Assembly (NCBI GenBank): GCA_038200305.1
Contig: JBBPYD010000153.1
Coordinates: forward strand, 17,018-81,017
Reading direction: 5' to 3'
Length of the DNA: 64,000 nucleotides
DNA from: Bryobacterales bacterium
GTDB taxonomy: Bacteria; Acidobacteriota; Terriglobia; Bryobacterales; Bryobacteraceae
This document shows, piece by piece, positions 37,214 to 45,937 of the stretch (position 1 is the stretch's first letter; the number at the start of each line of letters is the position of its first letter). A model generated the notes under the pieces. It was not told the origin of the DNA, made no database searches, and saw nothing but the letters and a program-made list of their open reading frames with translations. The translations under genes were made by a program, and so were the position numbers.

Positions 37214-39647
37214 AAATAAACTCGCTCATATTGAACAACAGCAAACAGAGTCTCGGCAAAGAATTCCGCTTCAGGTAATCGATCGCGCTTGTGCGTTCTT
37301 TAGGCGACGGCAGCCGGCCAAATGCGAGCAGCCAGCCGTTGTTAACCAAGGCTTCTGGATCATTGCCATTTTCTTTTTGAAGCCGGTTTGCAAACTTCTC
37401 AGCCTGGCCAAGGCTGAGCGGTCCGTTCATTAATGTGAGTGCCTGCGGCGCTACAGTCGACACGTCCCGGCGTGCGCAACTTGTCGCTGTATCGGGCGCA
37501 TCGAACGTTTGCAGCATCGGCAGCGTCATCGACCGCTTCATTTGTAAGTAAATAGTGCGCCGGGTATATTCCGACGGATCGGGATTCGCCGGCCACAAGT
37601 CTGGCATGCGCGCAGCTTGCAATTCTTCCTTGCTGAGCGGAGGAATAATTCCCATACCGCCCATCTTCAGATTGAGCGTACCCGCCACATCCAGGACGGT
37701 GTCCCGAATGGCATCCCCATCCAGGCGGCGGCGGTTCATACGGCCTAGCAAATGATTCTCCGGATCTTTCTCAAGACTACTCGCATCCGCGGTGCTCGAT
37801 TGCCGGTACGCATTCGACAGCATGATAAGGCGGTGCATCTGCTTAATGCTGTATCCGCGTTGCACAAATTCAGTAGCCAGCCAGTCGAGAAGTTCGGGAT
37901 GTGTGGGCGCATCGCCTTGCCGGCCGAAGTCGTTGGGCGTGGCCACGATGCCCGTGCCAAAGTGCCCCTGCCAAATGCGATTCATCATTACACGGTTTAC
38001 CAGCGGCTGATCCGGCGACGTAAGCCAAAGCGCCAAAGCTTTGCGGCGCTGTGGAACAAATAACACCCCGGCCGGCTCGTTGATGGCCGGACCCGGATTC
38101 AGAGCCGGAGGAAATCCGGGCTCCACTTTCTCACCCTTGTTCTTATATTCGCCGCGATTCAGGATGTGCGTATCGGGAATCGTCTCCTGGTGCGCCAGAA
38201 CATGCGCGGTGGCGTAATGGTTGGGAAGCCTGGTGTACAGTTCGCCGATCCGCTGCATCAGCGCCGCGCGTTCAGCCTGCTGTTCCGCCGATGGCATCTT
38301 GGGTGTAGGAGCGCTCGCGATCGTCTCTCCTGTTTCGACAGGTCCCGAACCATCTTTCTTTTCCGCGGAGATCTTCGCATCGGCATTCTGGGCCGCAGCG
38401 TTCCTGTTTCGCATCCCGCCACCGCGCTGCCGCGCCATCTGCTTCAGGCTCTCCACTTGAGAAATGAGCGGCATGGCACGCGTGTAAGTAAGAATGTCGA
38501 ATTGACTAACCAGGGGGATCTCGCGCTCTTCGCTCCCGGCAAAAAATGCGGCGAAGCTGTAATAGTCGCGCTGCCGTATCGGATCGAACTTGTGATCGTG
38601 GCAGCGCGCGCAGCCGAGGGTCAGCCCAAGGAAAGCCGCGCCCACTGTATCGACGGCATCCGCCTGCCATTCCGCCCGGTACTGGTCACCGTAGTACGTA
38701 AACTCGATCGGGAACGACCCAAGCGTGAAAAGACTGGTGCCAATGCGCCGGTTCACGTTCTCCTGTTTCTTTTTGGGCAGATGCAGCGTTCCTTCCAACT
38801 CCAAATTGCCCGGCCATATTTCGTCTGCCGCAATCTGTTCCTGAACGAAAGTGTTATAAGGCTTGTCCGCATTAAGAGAGCTAATTACATAATCGCGATA
38901 CCGCCACGCGGTCGGGAAGAAATGATCCGTTTCAAATCCTGACGTATCGGCGTAACGCACCAAATCCAGCCAGTACCGTCCCCATCGTTCGCCATAGCGC
39001 GGCGACTCCAGCAGCCGGTCGATCAGCTTTTCATAGGCATTGTCCGATTTGTCGCTGAGGAACTCGTCCACTTCTTTCGGAGTGGGCGGCAGTCCATGAA
39101 GGTCGAAGTAGGCCCGCCGGACCAACGTGCGCCGGTCTGCCGCGGGAGCCGGGTGTAGCCCTTCCTTGTCGAGCTTTGCCAGGATAAACGCATCGACCGG
39201 ATTGCGCACCCAAGCCGGGTTCTTCACTGGCGGAACAAGAGGCCGCTCCGGCTTCTTAAAAGACCACCAGGCCGATTGCTGGAGAGCTTTTGCACTCGCA
39301 TTCCATTTGGCGCCGCCATCAATCCATGCGCGCAGCGCTTCCACCTCGCTGGCCGGCAGAGGGGTCTTGCCCGGCGGCATCTGCAGATCGCCCTCGCGCT
39401 TTACGGCCTTAAAAAGCAGACTCTCCCCGGCTTTATGAGGAACAATAGCAGGTCCACGCGTCCCGCCCTTTAATAATGTTGCGGATTCCCGGACGTCTAG
39501 GCCGGACATCCTGGCATCGCCGTGGCAGCTTGCACACCTGGTGCTAAGGATCTTACGCGCGGACTCTTCGACGGATGTGGATTGGGCGAACAGCAAAGCC
39601 GGACCGATACCCGAAAACACGGCCAACCAAAGAGGTGAAGATCTCAT
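37203..39647 (-). CDS. PSCyt1 / DUF1549 / DUF1553 (PSD1) domain protein
   Basis: 814 aa. Signal peptide. CASCHG heme-like motif. NPVDAFILAKL...YFDLHGLPPTPKEVDEF (DUF1549). CARCHDHKFDPIRQRDYY (DUF1553). 11-nt overlap with the DUF1501 gene. Confidence 0.85.
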   Translation of the reverse strand: MRSSPLWLAVFSGIGPALLFAQSTSVEESARKILSTRCASCHGDARMSGLDVRESATLLKGGTRGPAIVPHKAGESLLFKAVKREGDLQMPPGKTPLPASEVEALRAWIDGGAKWNASAKALQQSAWWSFKKPERPLVPPVKNPAWVRNPVDAFILAKLDKEGLHPAPAADRRTLVRRAYFDLHGLPPTPKEVDEFLSDKSDNAYEKLIDRLLESPRYGERWGRYWLDLVRYADTSGFETDHFFPTAWRYRDYVISSLNADKPYNTFVQEQIAADEIWPGNLELEGTLHLPKKKQENVNRRIGTSLFTLGSFPIEFTYYGDQYRAEWQADAVDTVGAAFLGLTLGCARCHDHKFDPIRQRDYYSFAAFFAGSEEREIPLVSQFDILTYTRAMPLISQVESLKQMARQRGGGMRNRNAAAQNADAKISAEKKDGSGPVETGETIASAPTPKMPSAEQQAERAALMQRIGELYTRLPNHYATAHVLAHQETIPDTHILNRGEYKNKGEKVEPGFPPALNPGPAINEPAGVLFVPQRRKALALWLTSPDQPLVNRVMMNRIWQGHFGTGIVATPNDFGRQGDAPTHPELLDWLATEFVQRGYSIKQMHRLIMLSNAYRQSSTADASSLEKDPENHLLGRMNRRRLDGDAIRDTVLDVAGTLNLKMGGMGIIPPLSKEELQAARMPDLWPANPDPSEYTRRTIYLQMKRSMTLPMLQTFDAPDTATSCARRDVSTVAPQALTLMNGPLSLGQAEKFANRLQKENGNDPEALVNNGWLLAFGRLPSPKERTSAIDYLKRNSLPRLCLLLFNMSEFIYVD

Positions 39648-39836
39648 TGCTTCTCCGGGACGAGAGTTCTGTCATAAGGCAGACAATTAATAATGAAAAA
39701 GTGGCGGACTGAATGTCAAACACGAATTCGTTTCACAATAATGTTTCTTTGTGCGAAACGCGCGGTAACGGGCCGGATCTCACAACGAGGTTCTGCACTC
39801 ACACGCAGTGGCGCACTTATACTTGCGGGTTAATTA

Positions 39837-39855
39837 CGTTTCGCTAGGCGAAACG
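39837..39855 (-). terminator. perfect 8-bp stem / 3-nt loop hairpin downstream of the SDR gene
   Basis: cgtttcgc-tag-gcgaaacg read directly, 20 nt after the TAA at 39875-39877. The trailing U-tract is weak. A related cgtttcac...gtgcgaaacg element lies near 39729-39764. Confidence 0.4.
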
Positions 39856-39874
39856 GTAAGCGCATAGATTCGTT

Positions 39875-40633
39875 TTACCCGCGCCCTACAAGCGGCATCT
39901 TGGTGGCCATCAGTGTCATAAACTGTACGTTAGCCTCCAACGGCAGATTCGCAATGTAAAGCACCGCTTCGGCCACATGCCGTAAGTCCATTCGGGGTTC
40001 CGCCATCTTTCTACCATCGGCTTGCAAAACTCCAGAAGTGATCCGCTCCGTCATCTCAGTAGCCGCATTGCCGATATCGATCTGGCTGCAAGCAATGTCG
40101 TACTTACGACCGTCGAGTGAGAAGCACTTGGTCATCCCAGTGATCGCGTGTTTGGTTGAGGTGTAAGGGACATGGTTGGGCCGCGGAGCGGAGGCTGCAA
40201 TGGAACCGTTGTTGATGATGCGTCCGCCACGCGGCTCCTGGTCCTTCATCAACCGGAACGCTGCCTGCGCACAGAGAAAGGCGCCCGTGAGATTGACGTT
40301 GACGATAGCGCTCCACGTCTCGAAAGGCAGATCTTCAATCGGGATGCCAGGCGCGTTCAGACCGGCATTATTGAAAAGCACATCGAGACGGCCAAATGTT
40401 TCCTTTACTCTTGCGAAAAGCGCATTCACCGACTCCGGGCTGGCGACGTCGGCCGGAACTGCCAGCATCTTGCCACCGGACCCATTGGCCATCGCGATGG
40501 TTTTTTCAAGTGGTTCCGCGCGTCTTCCCGCCACCACCACGGAATACCCCGCAGCTTGCAACGCCAACGAAGCCGCGCGGCCTATACCGCTGCCGGCCCC
40601 GGTCACAAGCGCAATTCTGCCATTCATTCCCAT
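39875..40633 (-). CDS. SDR-family oxidoreductase
   Basis: 252 aa. [10 protein letters not shown] cofactor motif, NNAG, catalytic YTSTKHAI. Confidence 0.9.
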   Translation of the reverse strand: MGMNGRIALVTGAGSGIGRAASLALQAAGYSVVVAGRRAEPLEKTIAMANGSGGKMLAVPADVASPESVNALFARVKETFGRLDVLFNNAGLNAPGIPIEDLPFETWSAIVNVNLTGAFLCAQAAFRLMKDQEPRGGRIINNGSIAASAPRPNHVPYTSTKHAITGMTKCFSLDGRKYDIACSQIDIGNAATEMTERITSGVLQADGRKMAEPRMDLRHVAEAVLYIANLPLEANVQFMTLMATKMPLVGRG

Positions 40634-40821
40634 TTTGTAACGTGTCCCCTGTCTATGCGGTTAAATCCGGAACCATTATTGTGCCAGACTGTATTCCTTA
40701 GTGACAAAATCCAGTGAGCAGGCTTGATTTTCCTCGATCCTAGCCTGACACTATCTGAGAGTTCGGCGCCCCCGATAAGGGCTTGCTTCAGTGGTTCGAC
40801 TTCTTCTAAGAGGAGTATTGG

Positions 40822-41209
40822 ATGACCAGGTTAGCCAGTCCGTTCTGTAATTACAGCAGGTGGTGGATCTCAATTCTTCAACTCGGCCTGCTTCTGGCAG
40901 GCCGAGCCAACGCTCAAGATATCCGCGCTAAGCTGACAATCACTGTCACGGACCCCGCCGGTGCGTCTTTGCCGCCGCGGACATCGAACTCCGCAACGTG
41001 AAGACGGCTGAAGTTTTTCCGGCCAAAAACGGATGGAAGCGGAGTGTATTCTTTTCTCTTCCTGCAACCGGGTACCTACACAATGAAAGTCTCCGCGCCC
41101 GGATTAAATCCAGCGAACGCGACAATATTGTTCTTCAGTCTTTTCAGGCCAGTGGACTCGACATAAACTTGATATCGGCGGCGTGGCCGACAGCGTCACC
41201 GTAACCGCG
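40822..41209 (+). pseudogene. 5' fragment of a CarboxypepD_reg-type TonB-dependent receptor gene, with at least 4 frameshifts and 3' truncation
   Basis: Good RBS (aggag 40811-40815) and ATG 40822. Signal peptide ...LLLAGRANAQ. Family-typical peptides then alternate between frames: TITVTDPAGA / ADIELRNVKTAEVF / KTDGSGVYSFLFLQPGTYTMKVSAPG / KSSERDNIVLQSFQASGLDI / LDIGGVADSVTVTA. Homology stops near 41209. Confidence 0.75.
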
Positions 41210-42557
41210 GTTCCGCCCGGTCCTGCTTCCGGTTGCGCCGAAAATCCGCCCAGCGAATGGGACGGCCACCCTTAGCAATCAATTCGTGGATTGCCGTCAC
41301 CCGAGCCGGCCTGGGTAGATTGTGATTGGCGCACTCGCGCGCGACCTCCGCCTGCAGCCACTCCCCAAAATCCCCACGACCTCGCCGGTGGTGGCGCGGC
41401 GGAACAAACGGAGTGGCGCTGGTGAAGATTTTCTTCTCTTTACTCCGGCCTCCGCCCCAATGCACGGGAATACACCGCACATCCGGTCTTCCGCCTCCCT
41501 GCCACAACGAACTGAACTCATCAAGCGCCTGACACTCCAATGGATCGAATCCTTCGCGGCAGTGTACCAGCAGATGGTCCAGCCGCCCACCTCCGTTGTA
41601 GTCCAGCGGAAGATAAAACGCATGCCGGTGATCCCGCAGCGGCTCTCCGCTCCGGTCCTTTCCGCTGAATTTGACCGAGACGTGTTGCGGTCCCCCAGCC
41701 AATCGCTTGTGAATGCCCATCAGTTTTGTGCGCACTCGTTCGGCCACTTCCAGCGTCTCTGTCACGTCGGGCGGCACTTTTGAATCGAGTGCATACAGTA
41801 CCGAACAAATTCGCGAATCTTTGCGCTGCCTGTTTACGCGAACCTCCGGCGCGAAAGAATTCACCGGCCGCAGGTAGTCTACGTACCGCATCGCTGGCGG
41901 GTGGCTCCAGCCCGCCCCCAAGATGACTTCGGTTCCGGTCGCGATGGCTTCCATCCAGGTTAGATGCTTCAGCGTTTTGCCGCGCCCGATAGCCGCTGGT
42001 TTGTAATCGTGTGGTGGTATCGCAGACGCAACCGGCACAATCTCCATCTCACAATTCACAGACTCCGCGGATTGCGTGAAGCAATTCCACTCCACCCCGG
42101 ATACGCCCCGCAACGTGCGTGCTTCGATCCACGATTCAGATCGCCCCAAATAGTTCAGCCTGGAAAGCAATTCATCCAGGTCGTCCAAGAAATCCGAATC
42201 GGGCGTCAGGTCCGGCCACCCCATCAACACGGTAGCGCGTGAAGAAAGCACGACAAACCCATCGAAAATCAGAGTCTTGCTCTGAAGATCCTGTTCGTTC
42301 TTGCTGAGGAACGATCGGGTATGCGAAACCGTCGCGGACGGCAGGCGATAGCGCGGCGCGGAGGTCCCGAGCATGCCCAGTAATCGTTCCACACGCGACT
42401 CCTCCCATTCCGGGAGCTTGCGTTTCCAAACGTCATAAAGCGCGCGTATCAGTCGATAACCGGACGGAGGCCATTCTGGAATGCCCTCGTTCACATGCCG
42501 TCCCCAGGCGGTCGCATGATCGCGGCCCGCGGGAAACGCGAGTTCGATCAGTAGCAT
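41196..42557 (-). CDS. csb2: type I-G (I-U) CRISPR-associated Csb2 (Cas5-Cas6 fusion, GSU0054 family); C-terminus probably truncated
   Basis: 453 aa. N-terminus LLIELAFPAGRDHATAWGRHVNEGIPEWPPSGYRLIRAL matches the GRYHATPWGRHVNEG..EWPPSPWRL signature of the family. It ends ...RWADFRRNRKQDRAEPRLR without the terminal glycine-rich RAMP loop. The last 3-4 codons and the stop lie in TonB-receptor-derived sequence. Confidence 0.8.
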   Translation of the reverse strand: MLLIELAFPAGRDHATAWGRHVNEGIPEWPPSGYRLIRALYDVWKRKLPEWEESRVERLLGMLGTSAPRYRLPSATVSHTRSFLSKNEQDLQSKTLIFDGFVVLSSRATVLMGWPDLTPDSDFLDDLDELLSRLNYLGRSESWIEARTLRGVSGVEWNCFTQSAESVNCEMEIVPVASAIPPHDYKPAAIGRGKTLKHLTWMEAIATGTEVILGAGWSHPPAMRYVDYLRPVNSFAPEVRVNRQRKDSRICSVLYALDSKVPPDVTETLEVAERVRTKLMGIHKRLAGGPQHVSVKFSGKDRSGEPLRDHRHAFYLPLDYNGGGRLDHLLVHCREGFDPLECQALDEFSSLWQGGGRPDVRCIPVHWGGGRSKEKKIFTSATPFVPPRHHRRGRGDFGEWLQAEVARECANHNLPRPARVTAIHELIAKGGRPIRWADFRRNRKQDRAEPRLR

Positions 42558-42567
42558 GAGCGTCTCC

Positions 42568-43569
42568 CTAACCGTTCGCGGCTTGCGCTTCTTCTTTCTT
42601 ATCGGCTTTCAAAACCACTGCCGTCTCCACAATGGTGACCGCGGGAGATGCAAACAGGCCATCCTCTGTACATTTCTTGATGCTCGCTTGCACCGCTGCC
42701 AGCAACTCCGGTTCTTCCGGCAGTATGAAACCGGATGGGGATTTCACCGCAAGATCGCGGGCGGGCTCAAAGTTGCACGCCGTGCGTAAACGGAGGCCGC
42801 TCGACAGGAACCGGCGCACCTTCAACAGCGACAATCCAATCAGCAACTCCTGAGCCGGCTCCGACAGACGAAAACCGGAAATCAACGCGAGATCCAGGTT
42901 GAAGTACGCCATGATGCACCCGGCGGTATATTCCACCCTGGGATACGGCACATTCCCGTAAACGTCCTTGTCGTAGTCCTTGGCGCGGATCTTACCGGTC
43001 GGATCGAGCGCATTGTTCTTCACGCCACCGGATACCGCTTCCAACACGTCGGCCGCTTCGATGAAGCCCGTGAGAGCCCGCGGAAGCCTCACCCGACCGT
43101 CTTCCAGGTTCGCCATGAACACGCCATGCACCAGCGCGTTCGGATCGAAATAGAAGAACGTCTCCGCGATCTTATCCCAGGCGATCGGTTTTCCCTTTTC
43201 ATATCCCGACTTCTTGAGAAATTCGCCTTGAAACTTCTTGTTACTGATGATGAACGGCGAGTTGATGCGGTGCGCTTCAATCAACGAACTGGTTTCCGTC
43301 TCCGTGGCGCCCGTCAGCTTGGCTACGATATACGGCAGACCTTCCAAGTCCTTACCGAGCCGTGGGCCTTCCCCGTCCAAGCATGTCTTTTCGAGTCTGT
43401 TGGCTACCGATTGAGCCGATTCCACAAGCAGCATTCGCTTGCCATCGTGCCGCCGGTAATCGGCCGCGCCGAGGTCGGCGAAGCCGGTCGGCTGAAAACG
43501 GTCGCCCTGAAGGGGCTTGAGTTCCTGTTCCAAAAGCAATCGAGGTGCGTTTATGAGTTGTTTAAACAT
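42568..43569 (-). CDS. csb1: type I-G (I-U) CRISPR-associated Csb1 (Cas7, GSU0053 family)
   Basis: 333 aa. RLLLEQELKPLQGDRFQPTGFADLGAADY...LLVESAQSVANRLE matches the family N-terminal signature. 10 nt upstream of csb2. 8-nt overlap with the csx17 end. Confidence 0.85.
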   Translation of the reverse strand: MFKQLINAPRLLLEQELKPLQGDRFQPTGFADLGAADYRRHDGKRMLLVESAQSVANRLEKTCLDGEGPRLGKDLEGLPYIVAKLTGATETETSSLIEAHRINSPFIISNKKFQGEFLKKSGYEKGKPIAWDKIAETFFYFDPNALVHGVFMANLEDGRVRLPRALTGFIEAADVLEAVSGGVKNNALDPTGKIRAKDYDKDVYGNVPYPRVEYTAGCIMAYFNLDLALISGFRLSEPAQELLIGLSLLKVRRFLSSGLRLRTACNFEPARDLAVKSPSGFILPEEPELLAAVQASIKKCTEDGLFASPAVTIVETAVVLKADKKEEAQAANG

Positions 43570-45937
43570 GAGTTGTCATCCTTTTTGTCTGCGCCGCAAC
43601 TTTGGGTTCTTGCTCGTGGAGGACCAGTCGCGATAAGGCCTCGATCGATGGAACTGTAATTGGAATTAGCAGACTGGCCGCGAGCCGTGTTCCATCCACG
43701 CTCCCGGAAAACCGCGCTTTCACGGGCGCTCTGCCGGAGACCCGCAGTCTGCGCATCGCCACTTCGCAGGCATCTCCGATCCGGTTTCCCGTGAGCAACG
43801 ACAGAATCGCCGGTTCCGGGCGAGTCTCAGTCTCAACACCGGAATGAAACAGATGTTTCAGCACAGCATACTCTCTCGGGACGATCGACTGCGAAGGCTC
43901 CGAACGCCAGGAAGAGTACAACTCCGGTTTCACTTGATCCAGCGCCTCCTTGTCATGCCATTCCACCAGCGTCAAACCGAAAAGCAGATCCTCGATTCGG
44001 GATTCATCAATCCCGTCATTCTCGAGGAACGAAACCGCATCTCCAGGTTGCGCGCGGACAGCGCCCCAAAGCGGCAACGATTCGCAATTGAGCCGCTCGC
44101 CATCCATCATCCGGCGCTTCAAGACGCTCACCATTCTCTGCGCCAAGTTGCTCCCGGTCCACGCCGTCTGCCCCGCTCCTATCGCCCACTTCCAGGGTTC
44201 TTTCGGATGAATGGGCGTCAGGTTTGCGCGGATGCTCCCCACGTCGCCGGAACGGAGAATGGACGCCAGGGAAACGGCGATCCGGAAATTGGGCGATCTA
44301 TCGTTCGCCGCCAGCAGCCACCGGGTACTCAGTCCACCAAGAGGACTGTCCAGTTTTGGTTCCAGTTTGAGATCCCGCTGCGCGAAATATCGCTCCATGC
44401 GGCCAATCGCCGCCAGCACATTTTGGAGCCGGTCCTTTTCGCCGCGTAAGACGAATTCATAAACGCTCCCGTCGATCTGCCGCCGCAGTGAGCTGAACCG
44501 GGGCGGTGGAGCCTCCGATTTGAACCCGCGCGCGAACCGGTCGATTCGCGCTAGAACCCGATCAAGTTCTTCGAGCAGATCGACGTCTACCCGTTCCCGT
44601 ACTGGAAATCGACCCAATGGCAATGCGAGAAAACTGTCCCCACGCCGTTTAATAATGCTGTATCGCTGAAATGCGCCGATCCCCGCTGCGTTCCGAGAGA
44701 GACGGCTGCTTCGGCGAATTGCATCGCATCCTCGACAGGTTTACCGCCCCACTCCACCCGGCCTTCTCGCAACAGCGTACGCACTTCTTCAAACCGGCTG
44801 GGCCGCTCCCAAACAGGCATCCAAATCTCGGCTCGCGCGGAAGCCTGGTCTCCTTCATCGGCAGACCCGTACCCCACGGGGCGCGAGCGCACCGTAAATG
44901 GACTGCAGGAAACGCCATGAGTGCCGATACCTTGGCGGCGGGCCGCGCCGCTGGCCCAGGCGACTGCCCCTTCCATGGCGAACACAAAATCCCAATGGTT
45001 GATGGGGCAGCTTGCCCCGATCCCAGGACCTTGGTTATAGCCCCCGGCGCGGCCAGGGTCGAGTTGGCCGACTGCCCCGATAGCCAACTCGGTAGTCGAT
45101 TGGCCAAAGAGCGCATTGCCCAACAGGCTGTTTGTCGCAGGCTCCCCTGAAAGCAGCAATCCGGCGAGCCGCTCCATAAAGCAATTCGTGTAATCGAGCC
45201 GGCCTTCGCTGCCTCCGGTGCCGAGCAGCGGCGGATACATTAGCTTCGTCGTGGTTCGTAACACAACCGCGCTATCGATCCAATCCACCGAGCCGTCTCC
45301 CAGGCGATTGCGGCACGCCCGGACAATCTCATCTTTACCTCCCGTCCGGCGATTCTTCTTCGCCGCTGTGCGCAGTTTGGTCAATGATTTATAAATGGGC
45401 CTGGCCGCTGTTTCAACCTCTTTCATGCTCAAGGAAAGCAGAGGCTGGATATCGATTCCGTTCTTGCCGGCCGCATTTTCCAGATCCGCGAGGAGCTTCA
45501 ACAGTTCGTCTTGCGCCTTGCCCGGTCTGGATGCCGTGGCGGCTCCCCGCACCTCGCGAAGGATCTGATCCACCGTCATCTCACCCGCGCCAAGCTCCGG
45601 CCACGAGAAGATTTCCCTTGATCGTGCGTCCGTACTCCGCAAAGCGCGGCGAGTCGCTGCCGAGGATGGCGTCGATTCCATCCCGGCGGTCCCCTTCGCT
45701 AAATCCGCTCCCGCCATTCCACGGAGCAACGATCGGTGTAGGGCAGTACTCATCGAGGAAAAACCCGACCAGCCCATCTTCGTCGAACTTCGATTCCAGG
45801 CAGAACGCATTCCCTTCCCACCAGCCCCGCGCGCCGGGGTCGGCCTGTTCACTCACAAGACGCAAAACCGCCAGCGCCTTCAAGTACCCGGCCATGGGCT
45901 CGACCGTGCAGCCTTTGAGAATCAACCTGCTTTTCAC
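43562..45937 (-). pseudogene. csx17: type I-G (I-U) large subunit Csx17 (Cas8u2), interrupted by two frameshifts
   Basis: Three consecutive ORFs (45581-46057, 44587-45852, 43562-44623) together rebuild one Csx17. (1) VKSRLILKGCTVEPMAGYLKALAVLRLVSEQ...PTPIVAPWNGGSGF...AEYGRTIK. (2) EIFSWPELG...NHWDFVFAMEGAVAWA...SPFTVRS...EIWMPVWERP...SLGTQRG. (3) IGAFQRYSIIKRRGDSFLALPLGRFPV... The GTG start at 45937 overlaps the cas3 TGA (GTGA). Confidence 0.85.

Noticed and set aside
43562-45937. The csx17 frameshifts as programmed ribosomal frameshifting.
   Set aside because: I see no slippery heptamer or downstream structure. The two sites require shifts at unrelated sequences, and many neighbouring accessory genes carry ordinary lesions. 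Mutation or sequencing error is more parsimonious.
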